Source: a plasmid
DNA length: 60,481 nt
Sequence record: NZ_CP024182.1
Reading direction: 5' to 3' (one strand)
Shown here piece by piece: positions 38,667-48,879 of the stretch. The notes below the pieces were generated by a model. The model was not told where the DNA came from, did no database searches, and saw only the letters and a list, made by a program, of their open reading frames with translations. The position numbers were made by a program, and so were the translations under genes. Numbering within the stretch: position 1 is the stretch's first letter; the number at the start of each line of letters is the position of its first letter.

Positions 38667-39434
38667 TTATCGCTCATATTGAGCAACGTATTGGGTCGGT
38701 GATAGCCCAATACGTTGTTTAAAAGCGGTACTAAACGCACTAGGACTGTCATAACCAACAGTTAATGACACATCGACTACGCTTTGACCTTGCAATAATA
38801 GCTCAAGACTGTACTGCAACCGTAGCCGTCTTAGCCATTCAATAAAGCTCAACCCTGTTTGCTGAGTAAATTGCCGTGATACCGTGCGTTCACTGATGTT
38901 AAGCAGGTGGGCAATATCAGCAAGTGCCCATGGATGAGAGAGTCGCTCGCTAATTTTTTCAAGCAAGGCTTGATACTCAGGCAAAGTGGGCTGTGGTACT
39001 TCAAATTCTGCGAGCGGTGTTAAACATCGAAGTTCATCAAGTATCAGCTCAACGATCCAAGCTTCACGGGTATTGGTTTGATAATGACTGTCAATACCAA
39101 CGGCACTGCCAAGCAACGCTTGCAGTAACTCGCTGATGGCAACCACTTGACTGCGATTGGGTAGGTCTGCCCGTGTCAATGGTTCAACAAAGGCGGATAA
39201 AACTTGGGTATTCTTTAAAATAGTTAGGCTATGTTCAGTACCTTTTGTTAGCCATATTCCTCGATTTTGGGTAATGGCAAATTGGCCAGTAGGCGTCGTT
39301 ACTCGGATAAAGCCATGTTTGACAATAATCAGCTGATGACAGACATGGCTGTGCAATGGCTCACACATCCCTGTTTCGTACTGCTTTTCAACAATGCTTA
39401 ATGGCTGTTGAGGCTGTAAAGATTGAAAGTACAT
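38667..39434 (-). CDS. AraC-family transcriptional regulator (cupin sensor + C-terminal HTH)
   Basis: 255 aa. The C-terminal segment …LADIAHLLNISERTVSRQFTQQTGLSFIEWLRRLRL… is the AraC HTH signature. Confidence 0.8.
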   Translation of the reverse strand: MYFQSLQPQQPLSIVEKQYETGMCEPLHSHVCHQLIIVKHGFIRVTTPTGQFAITQNRGIWLTKGTEHSLTILKNTQVLSAFVEPLTRADLPNRSQVVAISELLQALLGSAVGIDSHYQTNTREAWIVELILDELRCLTPLAEFEVPQPTLPEYQALLEKISERLSHPWALADIAHLLNISERTVSRQFTQQTGLSFIEWLRRLRLQYSLELLLQGQSVVDVSLTVGYDSPSAFSTAFKQRIGLSPTQYVAQYER

Positions 39435-39792
39435 ATGCTATAGTCAATTCAATGGCTTAACAATGCTAAAAGTTTTCACGTCCATTATACTTGAAAAATG
39501 TTTAAGCTCTCCAATGTAGTGTTTAGCTTTACGCCCTTTGATGGCCAACCTTTGACTCAACCTAGCTGGTGGAAATATTTGCTTTTATCAAAGCTGTTTG
39601 GGATTTGGCTATTAGCCTTTCTATGGAGAGATAAAATGAATGATAAATATGTGTATTCAGCGATCATGTCGATGCTATCGATTCTAGCAGGTATTATTAT
39701 CATGTCAGCGGTTGCAATAATTTATTGAATCTTCTGCAATTGGAGTCTTGAGGCTTCGCTTCGCCCAGCAATTTAAAGCTTAATTCAGTTGG

Positions 39793-40653
39793 TTATACGT
39801 CTGGTAAATAAAACTCACCCTTACCTACCGCGATCACATTGCCACCCACATAAATAGTTTGTTTCTCATCAACTTTCAGCATTAACCGATTAGGACGCCC
39901 TATCTCATCACCTTGAAAAATACGTTTATGGATTGGATGCTGGTTTTGTGAAATAAAATATGCACCCAGATTGGCACAGGCTGACCCAGTTCCGCTATCT
40001 TGCACCACTTGATTATTTTCTATCGAGAAAAACCGTACAAACACATCATCGTGGTCTTGGTACCACAAATATAGCATGGCAAGCTCGTTGTCTTTTTGAC
40101 AAATAGTTTGCAGTTGCTCTTTATTGATTTTAGCGTCATATAGCTTCTGCTTTGATAGCACGTTTAATAGTAATTGCGAAGTCCCTGTATTCATCCAATA
40201 AGCCTGATTGGCAATATCATCTGCCATCAATCCTGTTATTTTTGCCAGCTCTTCATGTGTCGCGACACTGATGCGCTGTTCAAAACCTGTTAAAGACAGT
40301 TCGATATGGCTGTCATTAACTTGGACCTCTACTGGCTTGGCTATGGTGTTTAACACAAAGTTATTTAATAAATTTTGCAGTTGTTGAATAACAAATGCAG
40401 CTCCAAGCGTGGGATGACCTGCTAATGGCATTTCATAATTTGGGGTAAAAATGCGTAAATCAGCAACCGCTTGAACGCCATGCTTAGCAGTGGGAGCAAA
40501 TAAAAATACGGTTTCACTTAGATTAAACTGCTGAGCAATCGCTTGCATCTGCTGATCAGTTAAGTCATCAGCATTAGGAAATACAGCAAGCGGGTTACCA
40601 CCAAAGTGATTGTCAGCAAAGACATTAACAATATGATAGGTATAGGTCTGCAA
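39793..40653 (-). CDS. PhzF-family phenazine-biosynthesis-like isomerase
   Basis: 286 aa. The N-terminus YHIVNVFADNHFGGNPLAVF is the PhzF family N-terminal signature. Confidence 0.8.
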   Translation of the reverse strand: MQTYTYHIVNVFADNHFGGNPLAVFPNADDLTDQQMQAIAQQFNLSETVFLFAPTAKHGVQAVADLRIFTPNYEMPLAGHPTLGAAFVIQQLQNLLNNFVLNTIAKPVEVQVNDSHIELSLTGFEQRISVATHEELAKITGLMADDIANQAYWMNTGTSQLLLNVLSKQKLYDAKINKEQLQTICQKDNELAMLYLWYQDHDDVFVRFFSIENNQVVQDSGTGSACANLGAYFISQNQHPIHKRIFQGDEIGRPNRLMLKVDEKQTIYVGGNVIAVGKGEFYLPDV

Positions 40654-41344
40654 AATGAATTTCCTTCGCGATAGGCTAAAAAATTAGTCACTTCAAGGTG
40701 AGCACTAATTCAGACCATATAGTAATTTTGGGACATTTGTTCAATTTTAAGTAGTTGTTATTAAAGAGCTTTGTGGAAATTTTCTTGATTATTTGATTTT
40801 TTAGCAATCTTGACTGAGCCTTTACAATAAAAAAATAGAGTTTTTTGATTTAACTGGTTTTTTATATCGACAAAATTACTTAGTGTGTTATTTTCTCCGA
40901 AATTTTGTGGTGACTCCAAATAAAAAAATCTATCTCTCGCTATCAGGGCTTCCATAGCGTCTAACGCCAAAGCTATTGCGCTATATTTCATGCGATTAGA
41001 TATCAATAAACATCAAAATTGTGAAATACTATAAAAGCAACGATATCCTGACCTACCTTTAAAATTTTTAAATGACCTCTGTATTTTAGCTAAAAGAATT
41101 AATTTAATCTTAATATTATTTTATAAAAACAAACAAATGTTATAAAAATGTTTGTTTTATGTGTAGGTTATTTAAATTAATAATGTCATATTACTGTATA
41201 TTATTGTATAGTAAAAATTCTGTAATAATTCATTTTCGTTTCATACTAATCTTTTGAGCAAATTAACTTCAAACTATTTTCGAATTGTTAAATTCAAATG
41301 ATTAATATTTTTTAAAGCTGATAGAGAAATAATAGAGAATTACT

Positions 41345-44300
41345 ATGAATCAAGTGTACCGTGTGGTATTTAATAGATCATTGGGCGTATGGCAGTGTGT
41401 CGCTGAAACGGCAAAAGCTCGTGGTAAATCATCGAGTAAATTGGGTAAATCATCAGCTATTTCATTATTATCACTGATGAATATAGGCACTCTTTTACCT
41501 GCTCATGCATTAGATACTTATTATCAAACCGGTTCGACTGTACTTAATGAGCCTGTCTACAATGCTAATGGTGACAGAGTAACCAATACTGGAACATCAC
41601 TTACTGCCAAACACATCATTGTCAATGACCCTACCTTTGCAAAAAGCTTTGACATTGAGAATAATGGACAGGTAGTGGCTGATAGCTTGGCAATTAGCAA
41701 TGGGGGTAAAACATATACCTCTCAAGGCGGCAAATTATCAGTAGAAAAACTAATAATTAGTAATGGTTCATATGATTCTAGTTCGGAATTTGCTGTAATT
41801 CGCGATGGAGCATTACAGACAAAATCAACTATTGTTGGTGACACTGGTAATGCTAATGGATTGCACGTATTCTCTAGTTATAGTACTGACTCGTTATTGC
41901 TAGGTAATGCAGTTAATAGTTATGGTGAAGCAAGTGCATCCAATTCTACAGGCGGTACAAGTAATATCAATGTAACAGGATTAACTACGGTTGGCTATCA
42001 AGGACATGGTTATTTAAGTGCAGTATCGGGTGGAGTTATTCACAGTGGTTCCATGATAGTAGGTAATGAAAGTAATAAAGTAGGAAATAAGGAAAATCAT
42101 CTTGGTGCAACTATAGATAGTAAAGTCGTTATTGATAATGACTTAATATTAGGTAATAAAGCTAACAGTTTTGGTGATGTAGGTTTTACATCAGGTAGTT
42201 CTCTATCAGTAGGTAGAGACATGGTCATTGGCAAACAAGGTACGGGAGAAGCTGGATTTATCTCAAAAACCAACTTGAGTATTGGTAGAGATCTAATAGT
42301 TGGCGAAGAAGGTAAGGGTGATTTATTTGTTTCCGCTGATAGCAATGCCCAGGTGAATGGCGTTACTTACATTGGCGGAGCGGGTCTTAATCCAAACGCG
42401 GAAGGTTCTATTCGTATCAATAGCTCTAATTTTAATGCTCCTATTATTAGTTTTGGTGGATTCGGAAAAGGAGAGTTGTCTTTATTTCAAGATGCCGTAT
42501 TGAAAACTACAGAAATTAATCGTAATGCCCAAGCTAGACCCTCTACTATCAATTTAAACGGTGGGACGATTCAATTGACAGCCTCTCAACCCGAGTTATT
42601 TGGTAATTTTACCTCAACAGATGTGATTAGCATAAACAACTTAGGTGGAACAATTGAGACACTAGCCAATAATGTAAATATTTTTGATAAGGCGGTTATT
42701 GGTGGCTCCGGTAACTTTATAAAAAAAGGCACAGGCTTACTAGCTATGAACACGGCTAGTAAAGCTTGGACCGGTGAGACTCACATTGACCAAGGCACTT
42801 TAAAACTAAATGGCGATTACGCCATGCGTGATGGTGAGGTTCTAGCGGTAGGTCTAAATACAGCGGACGATTATGGTAAGTTATTAGTTGATGGTAATGC
42901 AGATATTAGTAAAGGTAAATTGCAAATTAATGCGTCTCAAGCCGTTCAAGCAATGCCAAACTCCAGTACTTGGCTAAATGTGGTTAAAGCTACTGCACGT
43001 AACGGTCAATTTGCCACACTCAGTGATAATAGTCCATTAGTAGATTTTTATGCGGACTATTCTGACCCTACGGCCGTCCATATAAAACTTGGTACAACGC
43101 CAACGCCAACGCCAACGCCAACGCCAACGCCAACGCCAACGCCAACGCCAACGCCAACGCCAACGCCAACGCCAACGCCAACGCCAACGCCAACGCCAAC
43201 GCCAACGCCAACGCCAACGCCAACGCCAACGCCAACGCCAACGCCAACGCCAACGCCAACGCCAACGCCAACGCCAACGCCAACGCCAACGCCAACGCCA
43301 ACGCCAACGCCAACGCCAACGCCAACGCCAACGCCAACGCCAACGCCAACGCCAACGCCAACGCCAACGCCAACGCCAACGCCAACGCCAACGCCAACGC
43401 CAACGCCAACGCCAACGCCAACGCCAACGCCAACGCCAACGCCAACGCCAACGCCAACGCCAACGCCAACGCCAACGCCAACGCCAACGCCAACGCCAAC
43501 GCCAACGCCAACGCCAACGCCAACGCCAACGCCAACGCCAACGCCAAAAGAGACTAGCGCCTTTGTAGACGCTGTCAAGCAAAATAACAACCTTTCGTCA
43601 GAAAGTTTGGCAAAAGTTTTAGATAAAGCTATCGATACTAAAATTGCCACCGGCAACAGTGTATTAGCGGATAATCTAATTAATAAAACGTTGAATTTTA
43701 GTCAGGTTGAACTATCTCAAACAGCGAGTCAGTTGCAGCCTTTATTTATGGGCTCAATCAACCGCATAATTACTGACAGCAATAATTTAGCTCTTGACGC
43801 TATTCACGACTCAACTATCAGCCGTGAACGTAATGTTTGGGCAAAAGCCATTGGCACTCAATCTACAAAAGATCATAAGGGTAGCTTAGTAGGTTATGAT
43901 AATAAGGATACTGGCGTTATCGTAGGTAGTGATATTCCATTGAATGACAAACTGAATTTGGGATTAGCTGTCTCTTATATCAACAGTGATGCTGATACCA
44001 ATGGACATACGATCAATCATGAGATGAAAGCGGACTCTCTACAAGTTTTAGGCTATGCTGACTACCAAGCGACGCCTGAGACTAAAGCTAATTTCCATGT
44101 AGGCGCTGGTCAAAGTGATATTAAAGGTAAACGTCACATTGGATTTGCAAATGCAACTGCCGAGGCTGATTATAATGCTAATACCTTACAAGCAGGGATA
44201 GGATTAAGCCATCGTATTGGTACTGAGCAAAGAAACATTACGCCATTTGCGCAGTTTAATTATGCTCAGGTCAAATCAGACGCTTATAATGAAACCGGTG

Positions 44301-44650
44301 CTGGTGCGTTTAACCTTGCAGTTGAAAAGCAAAATTATAACAGTATGCGCTCAACGCTTGGGGTAAATCTATCACAGCCTATTGGGCAAAAGGTTTCTTT
44401 GACAGGGACGCTTGCAGGTGCAATCGAAAATGGCGATCCACGCACAGATATCACAGCAAGTTTTGTTGATACGCCTAACAGTCGTTTCACTACGCTGGGT
44501 CAAGAAGTAGGACGTGAAGTTGGTGTTGCAGGTGTTGGGTTGAGTTATAAACCAACAGCCAATACTAGCATTTCTGCTAACTACACCGGTGAATGGCGTA
44601 AAAATTATGACAACCAAGGGGTGTCATTGGTATTCACAAGTAAGTTCTAA
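41345..44650 (+). CDS. Type Va autotransporter with (TP)n linker
   Basis: 1101 aa. It has an extended signal peptide region ([25 protein letters not shown]). The passenger domain is rich in G/N/S/T beta-strand repeats. About 77 Thr-Pro dipeptides precede a C-terminal beta-barrel domain ending …SLVFTSKF (terminal aromatic). A bidirectional terminator follows. Confidence 0.85.
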   Translation: MNQVYRVVFNRSLGVWQCVAETAKARGKSSSKLGKSSAISLLSLMNIGTLLPAHALDTYYQTGSTVLNEPVYNANGDRVTNTGTSLTAKHIIVNDPTFAKSFDIENNGQVVADSLAISNGGKTYTSQGGKLSVEKLIISNGSYDSSSEFAVIRDGALQTKSTIVGDTGNANGLHVFSSYSTDSLLLGNAVNSYGEASASNSTGGTSNINVTGLTTVGYQGHGYLSAVSGGVIHSGSMIVGNESNKVGNKENHLGATIDSKVVIDNDLILGNKANSFGDVGFTSGSSLSVGRDMVIGKQGTGEAGFISKTNLSIGRDLIVGEEGKGDLFVSADSNAQVNGVTYIGGAGLNPNAEGSIRINSSNFNAPIISFGGFGKGELSLFQDAVLKTTEINRNAQARPSTINLNGGTIQLTASQPELFGNFTSTDVISINNLGGTIETLANNVNIFDKAVIGGSGNFIKKGTGLLAMNTASKAWTGETHIDQGTLKLNGDYAMRDGEVLAVGLNTADDYGKLLVDGNADISKGKLQINASQAVQAMPNSSTWLNVVKATARNGQFATLSDNSPLVDFYADYSDPTAVHIKLGTTPTPTPTPTPTPTPTPTPTPTPTPTPTPTPTPTPTPTPTPTPTPTPTPTPTPTPTPTPTPTPTPTPTPTPTPTPTPTPTPTPTPTPTPTPTPTPTPTPTPTPTPTPTPTPTPTPTPTPTPTPTPTPTPTPTPTPTPTPTPTPTPTPTPTPKETSAFVDAVKQNNNLSSESLAKVLDKAIDTKIATGNSVLADNLINKTLNFSQVELSQTASQLQPLFMGSINRIITDSNNLALDAIHDSTISRERNVWAKAIGTQSTKDHKGSLVGYDNKDTGVIVGSDIPLNDKLNLGLAVSYINSDADTNGHTINHEMKADSLQVLGYADYQATPETKANFHVGAGQSDIKGKRHIGFANATAEADYNANTLQAGIGLSHRIGTEQRNITPFAQFNYAQVKSDAYNETGAGAFNLAVEKQNYNSMRSTLGVNLSQPIGQKVSLTGTLAGAIENGDPRTDITASFVDTPNSRFTTLGQEVGREVGVAGVGLSYKPTANTSISANYTGEWRKNYDNQGVSLVFTSKF
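43089..43550 (+). repeat. Perfect hexanucleotide tandem repeat (ACGCCA)x~77 encoding (Thr-Pro)n
   Basis: 462 bp with no interruption visible in the sequence. All alternate-frame ORFs crossing it (43037-43656, both strands) are repeat artefacts. Confidence 0.95.
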
Positions 44651-44664
44651 CAATAACAAGTCAA

Positions 44665-44696
44665 TAAAAAAACCGACCTAGGTCGGTTTTTTTATT
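44665..44696. terminator. Bidirectional rho-independent terminator
   Basis: aaaaaaaccgacctaggtcggttttttta: a 14-bp perfect palindrome flanked by an A-tract and a T-tract, between the convergent autotransporter and oxygenase genes. Confidence 0.8.
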
Positions 44697-44752
44697 GAAT
44701 GACTAAGGTTAAATTATTTGACCGTTAGCTTAGTCAATTTTTTGCAGTCGTC

Positions 44753-45574
44753 TTAACCATAAGGATACTGGCGCAACCATTTTGTGGCAATGTATTTGGT
44801 ACCTGTAATAACAGGCACGCTTGAATGCAAAGATAAGGGGTCAGGATTGTTATTCAATAAAATATTACTAAAATATAATGCCATTCCCTCTTTCGGACGG
44901 ATCTCGCAGTTAGCACTTGGAAAACGAGTGGCACCCCCGCTTTCTACGTCTGATAAATAGGTTAAAAAAGTAGCAACGCGCTGTCCACCAATTTCAATGG
45001 CTTTTTGTCCACCTGCTTTAGTGGTATCAAAGAAGTCAAAATGAGGTTTATATTCTCCTCCCGAATGATAACGCAGTATTTGTAAGCCTTCGCCATTGTC
45101 AATTGGAAAATTAAGCACCTGAGCAATTCTATTTTCAAGCAAAGAAATAATGGCATTTTCTTGACGTTGAAAGACGGCGTTCATGCTTGTGCGTTCTGTG
45201 GTTGTAAAGTATTCACCAGTTTGAGCATTGACCACGGTTGCGGTTTGGAATTTGTCTTCAGCACAGGCGATCAGTTGTTGACACTCTTCATGTGATAAGA
45301 AGTTGTCGAATACAACGACCTTAGGAGCTTGAGCAGTAAAGATGATTGGAATGCGCCTGTTGTCAATATCAATAAAGTTTTTACTAAGGTCAATTTGGGG
45401 ATGCTTAATGTCAATCTGGTAGTTTTTTAATAAATCACCCACTGCTATATGATAACCATGTTGCTCAAGGGTTTTTGCTAGTGTGGTAATTTCTACACCG
45501 TTACTAATATTTGTGTTAAGCCAATCATTCCATTCTTGGGTTAAATGTGGATTTAGGTAGGAAGTAGTAGTCAT
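44753..45574 (-). CDS. 2OG-Fe(II) oxygenase (prolyl-4-hydroxylase-like)
   Basis: 273 aa with the HxD…H iron-binding arrangement (YKPHFDFF … LHSSVPV) and an RxS-like 2OG-binding region (TKYIATKWLR). Confidence 0.65.
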   Translation of the reverse strand: MTTTSYLNPHLTQEWNDWLNTNISNGVEITTLAKTLEQHGYHIAVGDLLKNYQIDIKHPQIDLSKNFIDIDNRRIPIIFTAQAPKVVVFDNFLSHEECQQLIACAEDKFQTATVVNAQTGEYFTTTERTSMNAVFQRQENAIISLLENRIAQVLNFPIDNGEGLQILRYHSGGEYKPHFDFFDTTKAGGQKAIEIGGQRVATFLTYLSDVESGGATRFPSANCEIRPKEGMALYFSNILLNNNPDPLSLHSSVPVITGTKYIATKWLRQYPYG

Positions 45575-45781
45575 AGAGAACCTAAGAGTTAATATTTTGT
45601 TTATAGCAATTAATTAAATAGAGAACTGCGGATATTATAAACTAAAGTTCAAATTTCGTTTATGACTCTTAGTGTTAAACTTCGCCCATCTTTGGTTATG
45701 TTAAATAGCATATCCAATAACCAATCTGGCTGAAATCAAAAGAAATTGAATTATGCAAGATAAATAATGATGAATAAAATT

Positions 45782-48316
45782 CTAAATCCCAAACCCTCTA
45801 AACGGCTCATGTCTTAGCTCTTTATCTTTTTCCAACTTTTTAGCGGTCAGCGTTAATTGGGCATACCCCGACAAATCATACGGATGGCTGCTGACATAAG
45901 ATTCTGCCTGCCGCTGGTTCATCTTGTGTTGCTTACCATCAGAGTCCATCGAATACAACGTCCCTTCCTTGGCATACCCCACCACCTGCTGTTTTAACCT
46001 GTCAAATAACTTCTTGAACAACTCGATCACGGCTTTAACAACGGCTGAAACTGTGCCAACGACTGTGCCAAAGTCGTTTGATGCTGTTTTAAATTGCTGA
46101 GCGTCGTGGTCATATCCTGTTTTAAGCAGGTGAGCTCGTCGATTAAATTTTCTAAGTCTTGCTGTTCGCTGCTCTGCTGTTTCAGTGAGTCCTGCAATGT
46201 CTTCACCGATGCCTGTAAGCTGTTGATTGACTTTTCGATGTCGCTGTCGCCGTCGGGTTGTATGCTCTGCAATTTGCTCAAGGCTTGCTGTATCTTCTCC
46301 TGCAATTTTTGAAATTCTTCTCGTCCTTTTTTCAGTGTTGCTATCTCGGATTTCTGTAGCTTGTCTAATTCGTCCAAGTATTGGGTGATCTGCTGGTTGT
46401 GCGTCTCGGTCTTTTGGTTCACTTGCTCGCTTAGGTGGGTTGATAGCTGCTGATACAAGTTGGGCAACATCAATTCCAGATGTTTTTGTACCATCTCGTC
46501 GATTGTCTGGGATTGCTGCGCTTGGAGTTGGTTGAGCATCTGGCTCACTTGGCTGTGCAAATCGCTCGACAGCTCGTTTAAGCGCTTGGTAATGAGCTGC
46601 TGTGTGGTAATGGGTTGCATGGTTATTTGTCTCTAGTTGGGACGGTAATACGGGTTTTGGTTGATATAAAGCGTCGGATAGCCAAAGCCATTTTTTTGGC
46701 ATACGGCGCTGTTGGGATATTTGGGGGTAATATTGATACCACCGCCATAACCCGGCTGGATATCGGTAAGGGCTTGGGCTTGGTATTGAATCGGGGTACG
46801 ATTGATTTGTTGATTGAGTAAGCTTAGTTCTTTTTGACTTTGGTCGACTAAGACCTTGGTTTCCTGCCAATCCTGGTACTGGCTGTGATTGATCAGTGCT
46901 AATATCCCCATCAGCAGTAGCAGTCCCCCCAATAGGCTGCCCATGACGATCCCTAGGCTCAGTTTGTTGCGTGCTAGTTGCCCAATCAGCACCCTGCTTT
47001 GCTGTTGGCTGTACTCGATCATCTCGATATCCGCTTGGTGACGCTCGTCCATCTGCTGACGCAGGGTTTGCTGTTGGCGTTGGTGATGCTGTAGGGTGGT
47101 TTGTGTCTCGTGGGTTATGGCTTGGCGTAATTGACTGCTCTGCTTCGTCAAGTGGGTTTGGGTACGCTGATAATCGTTGCTGGTCTGCTGCTTGAGCTGA
47201 TCGATTTGCGTCGACACCCCAAGCAAGGTCTGTTTGGCGCTCTCCAAGGTCTGACAGGTCTGATTGAGCCAGCTTTGATGCTGCTTTAGATGGCTGTCGC
47301 TTAAGTTTTGACTGCTGTCTTGATAACGCTCGAGCAGCGCGCAAATTTTCGTCATACCGCTGATAATGTCGTTCTCGACGTTTTTCAAGCTCGCTTGAAA
47401 AAGTTGCTGCTGCTTGTCTAAGCTGTTTTGCTCGGTCATCTGCTGAGATTTGATTTGCTGCTGGGTCTGCGCCTTTGCGTTCTGCAACATATCGAATAAC
47501 GGATTCGGTGGCGTCTCGCTCATAAATCACACCTTTTAGTTTAATATTTTTTTTCGTGGGATCAGGGTTTTTAATACTGATACTGTCTTTACCTTGACGA
47601 GAGATTTCAAAACCGTATTTTGTCAGCATATCGGCAATGTCATCTTGACCTTTGAGTGGCTTACCCTGCTGTCGTCGCAGCTCAGATTGGGTTAACACCA
47701 AATCAGTAAGCGCATTTTTGATATCTTCTACCTCAGTAAAGCGTTTTAACTTATCGATGATTGACTGCTTATCTGACGTTGCCCAATCTTTAACAATGTT
47801 TGGGGCCATACTGGGGGTCACATCTCGACGGTTATTTAAATCCGCGGGATTAACAAAGCCGTACCTATCATTGGTCAAATCTTTCCAACTATTGACCAAC
47901 GCTAAATCCCGATAATGGTAATACACCTGTAAATGATTACCCGAGATCAGCTCAACATTGGGAAAGACAAAGTTAAGCTCGACCCGACCTTTATCGGTAT
48001 GCTCCACCCAGTACGACGTATACTGATGGGGTTGTAAGCCAACAAACATCATGGCTTCGAAATCTTCGATAATCTCAAATTTTTGGGCGTCAGTTAACAG
48101 ATCTTTTTCATGAAAGCTTAAACAGCCACTGCTATAAACTTTGGCAAACGGCAAGCCATTAATAATCTCAGTGACCTCATCCGGATCGCCCAATAGCAAA
48201 CGCGCTTTTTCACGCGGTTGATCGTCACTTCCCAGTAAATAATGTTTAACAGCTGACCCACCTAAGGTACGTCTGTCATCATCCGTGCCGCCTCGTTTAA
48301 AAAATTTGGTTAGCAT
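45782..48316 (-). CDS. mobA: MbeA/MobA-like relaxase of the ColE1 (HEN-motif, MOBP5/HEN) family, 844 aa
   Basis: The N-terminus is collinear with ColE1 MbeA as I recall it (…LLGDPDEVTEIINGLPFAKVYSSGCLSFHEKDL…YWVEHTDKGRVELNFVFPNVELISGNHLQVYY, with the H-E-N motif in VEHTDKGRVELN). The middle section is low complexity and overlaps nested ORFs in another frame. Confidence 0.8.
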   Translation of the reverse strand: MLTKFFKRGGTDDDRRTLGGSAVKHYLLGSDDQPREKARLLLGDPDEVTEIINGLPFAKVYSSGCLSFHEKDLLTDAQKFEIIEDFEAMMFVGLQPHQYTSYWVEHTDKGRVELNFVFPNVELISGNHLQVYYHYRDLALVNSWKDLTNDRYGFVNPADLNNRRDVTPSMAPNIVKDWATSDKQSIIDKLKRFTEVEDIKNALTDLVLTQSELRRQQGKPLKGQDDIADMLTKYGFEISRQGKDSISIKNPDPTKKNIKLKGVIYERDATESVIRYVAERKGADPAANQISADDRAKQLRQAAATFSSELEKRRERHYQRYDENLRAARALSRQQSKLKRQPSKAASKLAQSDLSDLGERQTDLAWGVDANRSAQAADQQRLSAYPNPLDEAEQSITPSHNPRDTNHPTASPTPTANPASADGRASPSGYRDDRVQPTAKQGADWATSTQQTEPRDRHGQPIGGTATADGDISTDQSQPVPGLAGNQGLSRPKSKRTKLTQSTNQSYPDSIPSPSPYRYPAGLWRWYQYYPQISQQRRMPKKWLWLSDALYQPKPVLPSQLETNNHATHYHTAAHYQALKRAVERFAQPSEPDAQPTPSAAIPDNRRDGTKTSGIDVAQLVSAAINPPKRASEPKDRDAQPADHPILGRIRQATEIRDSNTEKRTRRISKIAGEDTASLEQIAEHTTRRRQRHRKVNQQLTGIGEDIAGLTETAEQRTARLRKFNRRAHLLKTGYDHDAQQFKTASNDFGTVVGTVSAVVKAVIELFKKLFDRLKQQVVGYAKEGTLYSMDSDGKQHKMNQRQAESYVSSHPYDLSGYAQLTLTAKKLEKDKELRHEPFRGFGI
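46027..46620 (-). CDS. Second nested coiled-coil ORF inside the relaxase gene (same alternative frame), 197 aa
   Basis: It is in frame with 46633-47523, separated by one stop codon. It is a heptad-like Q/L/E/K-rich sequence. Confidence 0.4.
   Translation of the reverse strand: MQPITTQQLITKRLNELSSDLHSQVSQMLNQLQAQQSQTIDEMVQKHLELMLPNLYQQLSTHLSEQVNQKTETHNQQITQYLDELDKLQKSEIATLKKGREEFQKLQEKIQQALSKLQSIQPDGDSDIEKSINSLQASVKTLQDSLKQQSSEQQDLENLIDELTCLKQDMTTTLSNLKQHQTTLAQSLAQFQPLLKP
46633..47523 (-). CDS. Nested MbeB/MobB-like ORF inside the relaxase gene (alternative frame), 296 aa
   Basis: Q/L/E-rich coiled-coil protein with one clear TM helix (LSLGIVMGSLLGGLLLLMGILALI). The same frame continues after a single stop into 46027-46620. 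ColE1 is known to carry mbeB and mbeD nested out of frame within mbeA. Confidence 0.5.
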   Translation of the reverse strand: MSETPPNPLFDMLQNAKAQTQQQIKSQQMTEQNSLDKQQQLFQASLKNVENDIISGMTKICALLERYQDSSQNLSDSHLKQHQSWLNQTCQTLESAKQTLLGVSTQIDQLKQQTSNDYQRTQTHLTKQSSQLRQAITHETQTTLQHHQRQQQTLRQQMDERHQADIEMIEYSQQQSRVLIGQLARNKLSLGIVMGSLLGGLLLLMGILALINHSQYQDWQETKVLVDQSQKELSLLNQQINRTPIQYQAQALTDIQPGYGGGINITPKYPNSAVCQKNGFGYPTLYINQNPYYRPN

Positions 48317-48320
48317 ACCA

Positions 48321-48827
48321 TTAACCAGTTAAATCGTTATTAAACGTGCTATTTTCTAGCGTTGAACTTTCTAATAAAGGATCACTGTCTTCACTGACAG
48401 TGTCCTCATCTTCCACCCCATTAAAATAATTTTTTTCAACTTGATAGTGCGCTTTTAATTCAGCCAATTGCTCAGCCATATTATCAATCGCTAGTGCTAA
48501 ATTTAACGTATCAATCGGATGATTTGCGTTTGCTTGTTGATGCGTATAGCGCACCAATTGATTTAAATTTTTACCCATGGCATGCAATTGTCGTAATAGT
48601 TTTGGGTCAACCGTAGGAAAATCGCGTTCACGTCTAGGTATAGTACCTTTTGTTAATATGGCACGCGCATAGCGTGCTAAATTCATACCTTGAGCTTTTG
48701 CTTCAAGCACAGCAAATTCTTCGTCACTAAAGCGAATGTTAAGACGTTTATCTCGTAATTTTTTCGATGATTTTTTTATTAGTACGTCGTCATCGCTTTG
48801 CTTTTTTTCGGCTGATTGTTGTGCCAT
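48321..48827 (-). CDS. mobC: MobC/MbeC-like relaxosome accessory protein (RHH)
   Basis: 168 aa. The segment LNIRFSDEEFAVLEAKAQGMNLARYARAIL is the MobC-family RHH signature. It lies 4 bp upstream of the relaxase. Confidence 0.8.
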   Translation of the reverse strand: MAQQSAEKKQSDDDVLIKKSSKKLRDKRLNIRFSDEEFAVLEAKAQGMNLARYARAILTKGTIPRRERDFPTVDPKLLRQLHAMGKNLNQLVRYTHQQANANHPIDTLNLALAIDNMAEQLAELKAHYQVEKNYFNGVEDEDTVSEDSDPLLESSTLENSTFNNDLTG

Positions 48828-48879
48828 GTTTAGTGCCTATTCATTTTTTATAAGGCTTGATTTTGGTTTAAGGGGGTTT

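Noticed and set aside
39498-41006. Small ORFs 39498-39728 (+) and 40761-41006 (−)
   Set aside because: They are short, with no RBS or motifs, and lie in intergenic AT-rich sequence flanking better-supported genes, so I treat them as non-coding.
43037-43656. Four additional ORFs on both strands crossing the TP repeat (poly-RW, poly-GV, poly-AL, poly-QR translations)
   Set aside because: They exist only because a perfect 6-bp repeat is open in every frame. The in-frame autotransporter reading (TP)n with flanking unique sequence is the only sensible gene.
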